Shown here one piece after another: positions 39,657 to 57,689 of a DNA stretch of 64,000 bases. Each line of letters begins with the position of its first letter. The stretch's first letter is position 1. The position numbers and the translations under genes were made by a program. The notes beneath the pieces were generated by a model. That model ran no database searches, was not told the DNA's origin, and was given only the letters and a program-made list of their open reading frames with translations. Origin of the DNA: the human T2T-CHM13v2.0 reference genome, Homo sapiens; the NCBI RefSeq assembly GCF_009914755.1, contig NC_060926.1; one strand, 5' to 3'.

Positions 39657-42169
39657 TATATTAGGCTATTTTTGCATTGCTATAAAGAAATACCTGAGAC
39701 TGGGTAATTTATAATGAAAAGAGCTATAATTGGCTCATGAGTCTGCAGGCTTTACAGGAAACATGTTGCTGACATATGCTGGGCTTCTAGAAAGGCCTGA
39801 GGAAGCTTACAATAATGGCAGAAGGTGAAGAAGGAGCAGGTATGTCACATCACAAAAGTAAGAGCAAAAGAGGTGGAGAGTGCCACACACTTTTAAATGA
39901 CCGGATGTTGTGTGAACTCAGGGTGAGAGTTCACTTATCACCAAAGGGATGGCCCAAGCCATTCATGAGGGATCTGCCACCATGATCCAAACATCTCCCA
40001 CCAGACCCCACCTCTAGCACTGGTGATTACATCTCAACATGAGATTTAGACAGAGACTACTATCCAAACGATATCATTCTATCCCTGCCCCGCCCCACAA
40101 ATATCATGTCCTTCTCACATTGCAAAATACAATCGTGCCTTCCCAATAGTCACCCAAACTCTTAACTTAGTCTGGCATTAACTCCAAAACATAAAATCCA
40201 AGGTTTCATGTGTAACAAGGCAAGTTTCTTCCACCTATAAGCCTGCAAAATCAGGTGCAAGATATGTACTTCCAAGACACAATGTGGTATAGGCATTGGG
40301 TAAACATCCCATTCCCAAAGTGAGAAATTGGCCAGAAGAGAAGGGTTACAGGCCCCATGCAAGTTTTATGGCTGACCCAGCAGGGCAGTCATTAAATCTT
40401 AAAGCTCCTAAATAATCTGCTTAGGTTCCATGTACCACATCCAGAGCATACCAGTGTAAAGTGTGGGCTCCCAAGGCCTTGGGCAGCTGTGCCCCTGTGG
40501 CTTTGCAGGGGCACCCTGTAACCTGTGGCTGCTCTCACAGGTTGTTTAGTGCCTACAGCTTTTCCAGGAATAAGTGCATCCTCCCTTTGGATCTACCATT
40601 CTAATGTCTGGATGGTAGCAGTCCCCTTCATACAGCTCCACTAGGCAGTGCTCCATTGGGGACTCTTTGTGGGGGCTCCAATCCCACATGTCCCCTCCAC
40701 ATTGCTTTTTTAGAGTGTCTCTGTGGGGGCTTCTCCCCTGCAGCATGCTTCTGCCTGGACACCCAGACCTTTTCATACATCCTGTAAAATCTAGGCAGAG
40801 GCCGTTCCTTCACTTTTGCATTCTGTGTACCTGCAGATTTAACACCACATGGAAGCTGCTAAGGCTTATAGCTTGCACCCTCTGAAGCTGAAGTGGCAGT
40901 TCGAGCTGTACCTAGACCCCTTTAAGCCAAGGCTGGAGCCAGAGCAGCCAGAATGTGGAGAGCATTGTCCCAAGGCTGCAAAGGATAGCAGGGCCCTGGA
41001 CAAGGGCAACAAAATCATTCTTCCCCACCTAGGCCTCTGGGCCTGTAATGGAAGGGGCTGCAGTGAAGGTCTCTGAAAGGCCTTCAAAGCCTTTTCCCAT
41101 ATTCTTGGATAAGAGGACTTGGTTCCTTTGTAGTTGTACAAATTTCTCTAACAAGTGGTTGCTTTATAGCCTGCTTGTATTCTTCTGAAAAAGCTTTTTC
41201 TTTCTTTGCACATGGCTAGGCTGCAACTTTTCCAAACCTTTCTCTCTGCTTCCTGTTTAAACATAAATTCTCACCTTAAGTCATTTCTTTCCTCTCACAT
41301 CTAAGCTTAGGCTGTTAGAAGCAGCCAGCCACATCCTGAATGCTTTGCTGCTTAGATATATTTTCCACCAGGTACCCTTGGTCATCACTATCAACTGTAA
41401 ACTTTCAAATATCCCTAGGCATGAACACAGTGCAGCCAACTCTTTGCTAAGGCATAACATATGTGACATTTGCTCCAGTTCCCAATAAGTTCCTCATTTC
41501 TATCTGAGATCTTGTCAGCCTGGATTTTACTGACAATGTTATTGTCAGCATTTTGATCACAATCATTTAACCAGTCTCTAAGAAATTCCAAACTTTTCCT
41601 CATCTTCCCATCTTCTTTCAAGCCCTCCAAAGTCTTTCAACTTTGGCATGTTACCAAGTTTCAAAGTTGCTTCCACATTTTCAGGCATCTTTGTAGCAAG
41701 GCCCCACTCCCAGTACCGTTTTTCTATATTAAGCCATTCTTGCATTGCTATAAAGAAATACATAAAGAAATACCTGAGACTGGGTAATTTATAATGAATA
41801 GAGGATTAATTGGCTCATGGTTCTGCAAGATTTTCAGGAAGCACGCTGCTGATATCTGCTCAGCTTCTAGGGAGGCCTCAGAAAGCTTACAATCATGGTG
41901 GAAAGTGAAGGGGGAGCAGGCACATCACATGGTAAAAGCAGGAGCAAGAGAGAGAAAGAAAGAAGGAATGGGGGAAGGTACCGCACTCTTTTAAATCATC
42001 TGATCTTACGTGAATGAACTCAGATGAGAGCTCACTTATCACCAAGGGGATGGCCCAAGCCATTCATGAGGGATCTGTCCCCATGATCCAAACACCTCTC
42101 ACAAGACCCCACCTGGTGATTTTATTTTAACATGAGATTTGGACGGGGACAGATATTTAAACTATATCA
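39657..42169 (-). mobile_element. Complete MST-type (MSTA/MSTB-like) MaLR element (LTR 39657-40076, internal, LTR 41725-42169)
   Basis: Two homologous LTRs (TTGCATTGCTATAAAGAAATACCTGAGACTGGGTAATTTAT), MST-int, TSD AGAGA at 39652-39656 and 42170-42174. Confidence 0.95.
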
Positions 42170-44295
42170 AGAGACATGATGAAAGATAAAACTTTAGTAT
42201 TTTAGGGGTTCCCAGAAGGAGAGGAAAGAGAATGAGCAGAAGTGATATTTGAAGACATAATGATAAATATTTTCCAAAACTGACAATAGACATCAAACCA
42301 CAAATTTACGAATTTCTTCGAAAATGAAGCAGAAATGTAAAGTACCATACTTTTGTATATCACAAAAGTATATACCAAACACAAGTTGTAGAAGTAAACA
42401 GGAAAAAAATGTGTATTATTTTCAAAAAAAGAATAAACAATAAGAGCAAAGCTGGTTTCTCAACAGAGATGAAAGAAAAAATAAGATAGTGAAATGACAT
42501 CTTTGAAGTTCTGAGAGAAACTGCTAACCTAGAATTTTATGTGTAACAAAAGTAAAGGCAAAGTAATGTGAAGTCTTTTCCAGACTAACAACAATTTGAT
42601 ACTTTTCTTATTAGCAAATAAGCAGTAAACAGTAAAACGAAGTACCAAAGAAAGTAGTTAGGCAGAAGCAAAATGATTCCTTATGAAAACATAAGAATAC
42701 AAAAATAAATTTGAATACACGGAAAGGATAAATATATGGAAAATCAAAATGAGTTGTTCTTAAAACATTAATACTACTTAAAGCATTAATACTAATTGTT
42801 TCTGGTGTTTAAATATATGTAGAATTTAAACAGAGGACTGTAATATACACAAGGAAGAAAGTAAAGCGAGAAATGTTTCCCAAAATACTGCCACTGTCAT
42901 TTTCAGGAAAGAGATAAAAGTAGAATGTATATTGAATGTTTATAGGTATTCACTAAGAAATATTGAGCACATTATTAAGCCAATAAGGGTTAAAAATCAT
43001 GATAAATATTGTTGGTTCAATTAAAAGAAAAGGCGAACAAGTTGGGGGACTTAGGAAACATTTGTAAGATGTTAGATTTAAACTTAAGCAGAAATCACAT
43101 TTAAATGTAAATGCTCTAACAAATATAATTTAAAGATCACATTAAAAGATAATCAGAGCTAGCAAATTTGTGACTCTCATAAAGATATGAAAATACACAC
43201 TTGTTAAACAGTTTAACTCATGAGTGAACTTGACATATGTTACAAATTAGTTCAAAAGAAAATCCAAAAAACAGACTCACTTATAAATCAGGAATGATGA
43301 AATGAATACGCAGATAGAGGCAAAAATTTTTCCTACAGGGTATGAAGGAAGACAATTGCATCTGCACCAAACCAAGTAGGGCATAATTTGCATGTCTATA
43401 AATTTACAGTTACAACATAGCCTAAAGGAGAAAGGCTAGAATCAGATAACCTGAAGAGGTGTCCAAATTAAAACATATTTTTTCTCCAATAAATATTTCT
43501 AGAATGAACATACAAATAAAATATAATTTAAGCTGTTTATAAGAGACACATCTTAAATATAAGGACACCTAAAAGTTGAAAGTAAAAGGATGGCAAAATG
43601 TATTCCCTATAAAAACTAATGAAAAAAGCCAGTAAAGTCAAATTAATATAGAAAAAAGCAGATTTCTAGGATAAACAACATTATTCATGACAAAGAACAC
43701 CTTTCACAATGACAAAGGGGTCTGTTTATCAGGATATATTATATAAAAATTATAATTTTAATGCATCTAATATTACCTTCTCTTCAAATTATATAGAAAG
43801 AATTACGAGATTTGAGTAAGTAGACAAAACTACGGGCAGTAATAAAAGATTCTGAATACAAATCTTTCAGTAACTTATATAAGAGACAAAGTCATTCAGA
43901 ATATAGAAGATTTGAATAACAGTTTGACAAATATATGTGCTCATGCGCACACACACACACACACAGTACATAATATTTCACCCTAAGGTAAAAAAGAGTG
44001 GAAATATAACATATTGCAATGTCTCAACAAATTCTAAAACAAAACCAGAAAAAAACTCATACAGAGTTAATTAATCAAATTGGGAGTAAGTTTGGAATCA
44101 ATTGCAAAGAGACAACATGAAAATTCCTAGATATTTGGAAATTAAATAACACACATCTAAATAACCCAGGAGTAAAAAAAAAATGTAATTATAACAGAAA
44201 TTAGAAAATATTTTGAGTTAAGTGGTAATAAAAATAAGACGTATGTCAAAATAATGTTACCCAGATAGAGCAGTGCTTAGAGGAAAACATGTAGA

Positions 44296-44930
44296 ATGTT
44301 CTAAGTTGGTTTCTTCCAGAAGTGCTCCTTAATTCAACAATGTATTGAGAAATGCTTCAGAAAGAAAGAAGTACAATATTGGAGAGAGCAGTTGGTGAAG
44401 TGTGAAAGTACAAAAAATATGGGATTTTACCTAAAGGTTCAGCTACAGTTTGATCCCATGGAGCGCTCTAGAACTAAAATTGCATCTCAATTTGAGTTCC
44501 ATCTTGAGGCAAGAGAGCTGGCTTATGGAACTCTGAATAAGTCAGTAATTGACTATGGTCTGTTCCCGGGAGATGGAAATGTTCAGGTACTTCAAGCTCT
44601 TTCTAAATAATCAAGGCCATTCAAGTATTCCCAAGACAATTCTCTGAAAAAGTCTCAACTACAAGCCAGAAGCTGTAGGATGGGCCAAAGACACTGTAAA
44701 ACAAGTATTTGGGGGAATCCGTGTGCCATACTGGTGGGATTTAAGCTTCCAATCACTTACAGATTTTCATATTGGTGACGCAGTTTTAGTGCCCTGTGGG
44801 TAATTCTCTGAAGAAGTTTGAAGTTGCTCACTGTTAGTAGCAAAGAACACAGGAACAGGGAATTGAGCACATAGCATGGTAAAAGGGATACAAGGGAATT
44901 TACACAAGCCTTCAAAGGTGTTCACTTGGT
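44296..44930. mobile_element. Old ERVL-type LTR inserted in L1M (family uncertain)
   Basis: Composition shift inside the L1; TGATCCCATGG.G.GCTCT, CTTGAGGCAAG..GCTGG, AGTCAGTAATTGACT motifs. Confidence 0.45.
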
Positions 44931-46425
44931 AGTGTTAGGCTGAAAATCAGTCTCTAAGATTCTGTCTCAAGAAGTCATAAAAATAACAGTAAATTAAATG
45001 CAAAGAAGTAGAAAGCAGAAAATAATAAATATGAGTAGAAATTAATGACTCAGAGGTAAGCACAAAATAGAGAAAACCAACAATATCAAAAGTTGCTTCT
45101 TTGAAAATATTAATTACTGTAGTAAAATCTGTCAAGAAATTAAAGGAAATACAAATTTCTCAAATCAGAAATTTTAGAAAAGGTGAATATCACTACAGAT
45201 CTTACAGGTAATAGAAAGATCAATGAAAAAATATATGCTATCAATATGAACATTTATAAAAATATACAAACTTTTAAAAAATCTTAATATGGAGACAAGA
45301 CAAAATAGGCAATATGAAGCATTTATGGCAAATTAAATAATTGAATCTATATTTGATTCAATATTGAAAACCTTTCCACAAAGAAATTATAAATCCAGAT
45401 GTTTTTACTGATGAATTCTACAATGTATGTATAAAGTAAATTGCACTAACATTTAAAACTCTTCCAGAGAATAGAAAATTATTTTATAATACAGCAAAAT
45501 CTTGATCCCAAAAAATGACAAGGACTTTACAAAAAAAAAGAGAAAATTACAGATCAACCTCTCTTATTAATCTAGCTGCAAAAGTATTTAAATATAATTA
45601 GCAATCCAAATTAATAAAATATGGAAGGATACTACATTAAGACTAAATTGGATTTATTTCAGAAATGTAAGGAAGTTTTAATACTCAACAATGTAACTTA
45701 CAAAACTAACAATAAGAGAGTAAAAACCACATTATCATTTCAATACATGCAAAAAACACATTTGAGAAAAGTTAAAACATTTTAATGATAAAACTAGGAA
45801 TAGAAGAAACTATCTTAAACTGAAAGATAAAATCCTACCAAACAACATACTGAATAGTGAAATACCTAGTTTTCCCTTAGAGAATAGAAATAAGACTATA
45901 ATGTCTGCTTTTGTACCTCTAATACTCGATAATGAACAGAATTCAATATTGTATTCTTGCCTAGCAAGGAGCAGCTATGACGCAGCAAAACAGAATAAAA
46001 AGAATTAAAATTCTACTTCTAAAAAATGTATGAAACAACACTTTTCAGATAATGATTATTGGTCAATGGAATACAATGATTCTGAGAAAGGGGAAACAAA
46101 CAAGATAATTCCTGTAATTGCCCCAGTTTGTGGCCATAAGAATATAGGGAAGGATAACCTAGGTGTCTCCCTGAGTTGAGGGGATTGAACCAGGAGTTCT
46201 CTCTGCATTAGAACCCAGCAGCCTCCCTGAATAGAGGAGACAGAAGAAGAAGTTCAGGGAGGGCATGGTGGTACAGTTTGAAAGGCAGAGATATGGAGAG
46301 TAGACAGCTGCAAAAAAATCTTCAGAAATCTGCAATGTGTTCCTTTAAGTATTCAGGTGAGTTACGTATGAGCATATGTGGCTAAGAAACTATCTGATTC
46401 TGGGATAAGAACCACTAAAAAGAAA

Positions 46426-46847
<422 letters not shown>

Positions 46848-47974
46848 TCAGCATGGTGGTTTCATCTCAGTAGTAAAGAGAAAACCCTAGAATAAAGACT
46901 GATTTGTTCCTGCCTATTGAAGCCTACAAGCAACTCTCAAAAAGATCAAACTATTTCCAAACAAATTAACCGTGTCTCAGAATGTAGCCCAAGGCAATTT
47001 ATAAAAACACAAGAAGTTTTCAGAACTCAAAAGGTAGAATTAACAATGTCTGCCAATCAATCAAAAATTACCAAGAAAGAATCAGAAAAATACAATTTAA
47101 ATGTGTTGAACAATCGATCAGTTAAAACATGTAGAAAAGACATGAATCATGGTTAGTAAACATGGACATTAAAACAATTTTTAGAACTATATTCCATATA
47201 TTTAAGATGGTAAAGATTGGGCATGCTTAATAAACACATAGAATATATAATAGACACCCCATCTAGAGATGGAAGCTACAAGTTCTGGGATGAGAAAGGC
47301 ACTGGATGAGATTAGCTGCAGACAATGTAGAAGAAAAGATTAGTTAAGTTGAAGAATAGCAACAGAAAGTAGAAGTAATGATACAGAGAGGTAAAAGGGT
47401 AAGAAAACTGAAAAAAAGCATTAGGATATGTGAGACATCTTCAAGTAGCCTTGGTGTAATTAGAAACTCTGGATAAGAGTGATGGTTTCAACACCCTTTT
47501 TTTCTCTGTCACCTCCAGAGAAATAAGGTGACAAAGAAAATGTTGAAGAAATAATGAAAGATTGACCAAATTTGATGAAAATTATCAGCCCGTAGTTTAA
47601 GAATCTCAAAAACCTCAAGCACAAGAGAGAAGAAAACTATACCATAACTTATCATAATCAAATTAAGTGATAGAAAAATCTCAAATGTATCTAGAAAAAG
47701 AGGCCATATTACAAAGAAAGACAAAGATCAAAGTTTCAATACAATTCTTGTCAGCAACAATTCAAGCCATAAGAGAGTGAAGCAATGTATTAAAAATACT
47801 TAAAACAGTCATTTTTGAATTCTACAAGGAAAATGCCTTTCAAAAAAGTAGGCAAAATAAGAATTTTTAGAAACACAGAAAGCTAAAACAGTTACCAGAA
47901 GACCTTCACTACAGAAAATGGTATTGAAAATCTTTTAGGTAGAAGTAAAATGATATCAGATAGAATTTTGCATT

Positions 47975-48260
47975 TTCCTGTAATCCCTATGTTTTGGGAG
48001 GCTAAGGTTGAAGGATGACTTGAGGCCAGGAGTTCCTAGGCCATCCTAGGCAACATAGTGAGACCTTGTGTTTCCAAGAAAAAAAAAAAAAGTAGCTTGG
48101 TGTGATGGCATACACCTGTAGTCGCAGCTACTTGGGAGGCTGAGGCAGGAGGATTGCTTGAGCTCAGGAGTTTGAAGCTATAGTGAGATCTCATTGCACT
48201 TCAGCCTGTATGACAGAGCAAGAACCTGTCTCAAAGAAAGAAGAAGAACAACAACAAAAA
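47975..48260 (+). mobile_element. AluJ-like SINE, 5'-truncated
   Basis: CCTGTAATCCC.., GGATGACTTGAGGCCAGGAGTTC, GGAGGATTGCTTGAGC. Confidence 0.9.
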
Positions 48261-49375
48261 GGAATCTACATCTATACAAATGAATTAATAGCACCAGAAT
48301 TTGTAAATATATAGGTAAATAATGAAGATCATTTTCTTAGTTAAAAAAACTCTTAAGATCATAGACTGTTTAAAGGAACAAAAATGTATTGTGAAGTTTA
48401 CAGCATTGAGGAAACAAAATGTATAACAAGACTAGTACAAAGGCGGGGAGGGGAAAACGAAGTATACTTTTGTAAGCTGTATACCATATGTGAATTGGTA
48501 TAATATTATTTGAAGGTGAGACATGATAAGTTAACGATGTATACTATTAGCCTTAAATCATTTGCCAAAATAACAGAGCGTTGCAGCTAATAATCCAAAA
48601 AATGAGAAAAAATGGAGGCATAAAACTACGGAAATTGAAAGTAGACAGAAATAGAAGTAAAAAAAAATAATATATTGGACAAATAGTAAACAAAGAATAT
48701 AGTACACTTAAACCAATATCTATAACTACATTAAATGTAAATGTCCTGAATAATTAAAGGCAGAGATTGCCACATTGGATTTAAAAATATCATGAAACGC
48801 AACAACTGTATACTGCCTACAAGAAACCACTTTAAATATATGCCAATCAAAAGAAGCCTACATTGCCTATATCAGGATTAGATAAAGTGGATTACCAAGT
48901 AAATGATATTTTCAGAAATAATAACTAACATTTTTTAGTTAATGATATTTTCAAGAATAATAAGTGACATAATGAGGTTAATTCATCTATAGGACGTAAT
49001 CCTAAAATGTTTATGTATTTAATAAGAGAGATTCAAAATATATAAAGCAAAAATGTATAGAACTAAATGAGAAATAGACAAATTTACAAATAGTTGTATA
49101 TTTCAATAATGCTCTCTCAATAACTGATAGAACATATGGAAAATCAGTAAGTGTATGAAAGACTTGAAGAACACTATCAAGCAAGTTGGCTTAAAATTTA
49201 TCAAACATTCCACACAACAACAGCATAATACACAATGTAAGTGGTATAACCACTGAAGAAAACAATGTGGCAGTTTCTTAAAGCTTTAAACATATAACAG
49301 CCATATAACCTAGCTATTTAACTGCTAGGTATTTAGTCAAGAGAAATGAAAGTATATATCCACACAAAGGCTTGT

Positions 49376-49920
49376 TGTATTCGGGTTCTCTTGAGGGACA
49401 GGATTAATAGGATAGATGTATAAATGAAAGGGAGTTTATTATGGAGTATTGACTCACAGGATCACCAGGTAAAGTCCCACAATAGGCCATCTGCAAGCTA
49501 AAGAGCAAGGAAGTCAGTGTGAGTCCCATAACCTCAAAAGTAGGGAAGCCAGCAATGCTGCCTTCAGTCTATGGCTGAAGGCTTGAGAGCCCCTGGCAAA
49601 CCACTGGTGTAGGTCCAAGAGTTCAAAAGCTGAAGAATTTAGAGTCCGATCTTTGAGGGCAAGAAGCATCTAGCACGAGAGAATGATGGAGGCCAAAAGA
49701 CTCAGGCAGTCTAGTCCTTCCATGTTCTTCTGCCTGCTTTATTCTAGACATGCTGGCAGCTGATTAGATTGTGCCCACCCAGATTGGGGGTGGGTCTGTG
49801 TCTCCCAGCCCACTGACTCAAATGTTAATCTCCTTTGGCAACACCCTCACAGACACACCCAGAAACAATACTTTGTATCCTTCAATCAGATCAAGTCAAC
49901 CCTCAATATTAACCACCACA
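49376..49920 (-). mobile_element. MLT2A (A2-like) ERVL solo LTR
   Basis: GGGTTCTC..GAGGGACAG, AAGTCCCACAATAGGCCATCTGCAAGCT, CTGACTCAAATGTTAATCTCCTTTGGCAACACCCTCACAGAC; TSD CTTGT (49371-49375) / CTTGC (49921-49925). Confidence 0.92.
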
Positions 49921-50817
49921 CTTGCACACAAGTGTTAATAGCACCCTTATTTATAATAGTCAAAAACTGGAAACAAATCAAGTATCCAGCAACACGTGAA
50001 TAAATAAATTGTCATATAAATTATATAGCTGAATGTATGGATTAGATAGCTAGCTAGCTAGAAATAGAGATGATGGAATATCTCCAAGAAATTAAAAGAA
50101 ATGAACATGCATAGAAACATAGATACATGCAACAACATGGGTGAATCTCAAAAAAATTATGCTGAGTAAAATAGGTTGGACAAAAGTAATATACACTGTG
50201 TGATTCAATTATATAAATATAATTATACAATTGCATAATATCGTATAATTATATATTACAATTGTATTATACAATTGTATAATATAATTATACAATTATA
50301 TAAATATAATATACACTGTGTGATTCAATTAGATAAAATTCTAGAACATACAGTTCTAGTGACAGGAAGCAGAATAATGGTTTCCTAGGAATGTAAATAG
50401 GGTTAGAAAAAGAGTTATAAGAGAGGAATTATGAAAACGCATGAGGAAATTTTGTGGGCTGATGAATTGGAATAATGAACATATCCATCCATCACCCCAC
50501 AGAATTTACCATCCGTCAGCCCATAGGTATATACATATGCCAGATTCATCAAGTTATATACCTTAAATCTGTGAAGTCCATAGTATGTTAATTATACCTC
50601 AATATAACTATAAAATGTAAGCGTTGTAAAGAAACACAATTGTAATTATTGCTAATAACATAATTAAGAACCTAAAAAACCCAAAGTAACCACATACAAA
50701 CTATTAGAGATACGTTGCTAGATACAATGTTGCCAGATATAAAAGTTCATATATAGAAAGCAAATCTTTCTATAAATCCGAAATAATTAAGATATTTTAT
50801 ATAAAAAATATAATTTA

Positions 50818-53910
<3,093 letters not shown>

Positions 53911-54269
53911 CATAAGTTAATTCATGTTTTAAGGAAGGGAATAATGAAAGTCACTGTAATTTCAAAAAAAAATCTGTATCACATAATCTAACCCAAATCC
54001 AGGGAAAATGGGGCAGGAGAACCAAGTAGGCAGCTGTGAGAGAAGCAACAGGGCCAAAGCATTCGTAAAAAATCATTGATTTCATTTCTGCCTTAGCCAC
54101 TTAGATCAAAGGTCATGATCTTTTGTTTTTACAGAGGTCAGACGAGTTATAGAAAAATCTTTGCATATTTATTCACATAGGAATATTCTGCACTTCCACA
54201 TATATATTTTTTAAAACTTTTTCTTGAAAATCACATACCTCTTCTTGATATATCTGAAACTTGGTGATT

Positions 54270-54990
54270 AAAGGATTGAGAACTGATGTTGGACTGCCAG
54301 CGTTTAAATACAGGATTTTAATTTTTTTAGGTATGTGATCCTGAGCAAACTATATAACTCTTGCTTCCAGTTTCCTCATTAGCCAAATGGGGAAAATAAT
54401 CATGCCCATAACTTATTCATTGAGACCAACTTTCAGAGTAAGACTTATGTGCCAGGTATGAGTCTTAGAGCAGGATATGTAGTAAGAAGTGAAATATATG
54501 AAGATCTATTATGTTAATTTAAAACTGCCTCTATAATAGGAGGGAACACAGAGAATAAATAGGATATATAAGTAAAATCTATAGGAGGTAATAACCATGG
54601 AGGAAAATCAACTAGGAAAGAGAGATAGGTGTATCAAGGTATAAATTAGGTGATCTTAAATTAAGTGGTTAGTTTTTACTGAGAAGATGACATTTAAGTC
54701 AAGTCTTGAATGAAGAGCAACTATATGGGATAAGTGCATCATAGGAAGAGAGGACAGAAAATGCAAAGGCCCTAAGGCCCAAGTAGGCCCCAATGATTTG
54801 ATAACTAGCATGGAGGCCAGTGTGATTGAAGCAGAGTAAGAAAGGGTCAGAGATAGGCCACTGAAAGGACTCTGATATTTACTCAGACTAAGATGTGGAG
54901 GTGTTCAGGGTTTTAAGCAGAGTGGTAATAAGATCTAACTTGGGTTTAATAATAGATTCAAGGAGCGCAGGGAGAGAAACAGAAGGTGAT
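54270..54990. mobile_element. MIR (+, ~54270-54405) followed by L2 relic (-, ~54410-54990)
   Basis: TGTGATCCTGAGCAA..CAGTTTCCTCAT..AAATGGGG; ATGTGCCAGG, TGCAAAGGCCCTAAGG, GGGTTTTAAGCAGAG. Confidence 0.7.
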
Positions 54991-54992
54991 TA

Positions 54993-55676
<684 letters not shown>

Positions 55677-56954
55677 TAGAATAATCCATGTGAGAAATGA
55701 TGGCCTCTTGGTCCGGTTAGCTTCTTTTGCATTTGGCAAAGTAGGTTCAATTTTTCTAGATCTAATTTTAAGAGAAACCAAATATATAGTATCCTAATAA
55801 ATATCCTAATTTTCTAATGTTGGATTAATTTTGTTTTGTTTTCTAACACGTGAAGATACTCATACACACAATCTATATCTACAGATTTTTAACTGGAATC
55901 AATTCTGTTACGAGAATACTGTTCCTAACCCTTTTGACTGCTCTTTATGCTAAGTCTTTTCTTCATAAACCAATGAATCTCAAACCAGGGTCTGGCTTGA
56001 TTTCTCTCCTTACTTACTTCATACCTTTGGTGCTGGCTTTCATTTTTCTGTCCTGAGTCTTAAAATATAACAAATTGTTTCATAAATATTTCCCTTAGTA
56101 GAAAAGACAAAGAGGAAACAAATAAGACAAATAAGAAAAATAAATAGATAAGTATAACATTGTCCAACTTTTCTTTAATATTAGGAGGAAAAAAGCAAAA
56201 ACATGTATTCACCCTGAACCACACAGATGGTGGCTATGAAATACAAATTGGAGACAACTTTCTAGATGTAACTGGAATATCCACCTAAATTTTGATGTAA
56301 AGAGTACATATTTACTTAAAAATCTAGAAGTTATCACTTCTATACTTTTTAATGGAAGACTTTACAAAGACTTGTAGTAAATACTACCATACATTCAGCA
56401 TTAATAGTCAGAATAATTGGCTGAGAATGCTACCCAAATAGTTTTATAGGAAGGTGTATCACAAGTGAAATTCATAATTTACATGTATAAAATTGGTTCC
56501 TCTTTTCATTGGTACTAATAACAAAAATGTCAATCACTAAAAGGTAGATTTTTTTGAAGGTGAATAAAGAAGTCCTATATAATCCACTTCTCAATAAAGT
56601 AAGATAATTTGAAAGTCAATTACTTTCATGTATTCATTTATTGAAAGTAAGTTACTTTCAAATACATGAATTTATTCAGACGTTTTGTACTTTCTTCTGA
56701 AACTTTGGAAATTGGGTTGCCAAAAGGCAAAATATTATGATAAAATAATGCTTTGTAAAGAAGAATTCTGAATTTTCAAAATGTTGAAGTTACTATCAAA
56801 GTGCTTTGAGTCCTGACGAACAGATCATGCTTCTATTCCTGTTCCTTCTTTTCCTTCTCTTTCATATATTAGCCACTTTAGGACATCCTTGTACTTGCCC
56901 TAGTGAGCAAAGCAAAGTTCAGAACAATCGAGGGATAGAGGATATAGTTGCTTG

Positions 56955-57104
56955 ACTATTTAGGACCAAATCAGTTGTCTTCTATCCTCTTTTACTATTT
57001 AGGACCAAATCAGTTGACTTCTATCCTCTTTTACTATTTAGGACCAAATCAGTTGACTTCTATCCTCTTTTACTATTTAGGACCAAATCAGTTGACTTCT
57101 ATCC
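56955..57104 (+). repeat. 39-bp tandem repeat, ~3.8 copies
   Basis: Unit ACTATTTAGGACCAAATCAGTTGACTTCTATCCTCTTTT at 56955, 56994, 57033, 57072; one substitution in the first copy. Confidence 0.97.
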
Positions 57105-57689
57105 ATATGCAAAGCTTATGGAAGGGTCAGCAGGTGGTTGTTGGGAAGCCAGTCTTCTCCACAGAGAGAAGCATTCACTTCCTAACTACAAAGTGGTTAT
57201 ATAGGAGACAAAAATATAGAACTATATGATGACCCATGCTATTTATCGGGCTCTCATTAAGTGGGAGGCACTCCATTCTATCTATTAGGGATATTTCTAT
57301 GACCAACGTGACAAAAGTCCCTGGGGCTTACACTTTAAGTGGGAATCTGTGTGCATATGTGTGCTGATGCATGATCGTGTGTATGATACTCACACAGAGG
57401 ACAAATGCAAATGATAGCAGTAGTAATTAGGTCTAGGAGCAGGAGAAGGAGCTCTCATAGTACCAATGTTTATTCTGATTCTAAGTTAGGATCATTACTG
57501 AGTTTAGGGATTTGAGGAGGCAGAAAGCAGTGAGAGCAGTGATATGTATCTAAAGAGTTCTGATCACCTGGACTGCTATTCCTAAATTTTCCCCACAGCA
57601 AGGAGCATGAAACCTTCCTGGATCCAACTTAAGCCTCTTTTATATTTTGGAAATGACAGCAGTGCCTTTTAAAAATGCAAGGACTTAGA

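Larger units (their letters stand above)
38800..45960 (+). mobile_element. Old L1M element(s) (ORF1 and ORF2 remnants), interrupted by an MST provirus and an LTR
   Basis: GGGTTCCCAGAAGGAGAGGAAAGAGAAT..GATATTTGAAG (ORF1), AAGTTGAAAGTAAAAGGATGG (ORF2 EN), ATCACTACAGATCTTACAG; boundaries approximate. Confidence 0.75.

Noticed and set aside
56955-57104. CRISPR-like array or repeat protein (ORF 56948-57229)
   Set aside because: Units are contiguous with no unique spacers, there are no cas genes, and the ORF is just a by-product of a 39-bp unit
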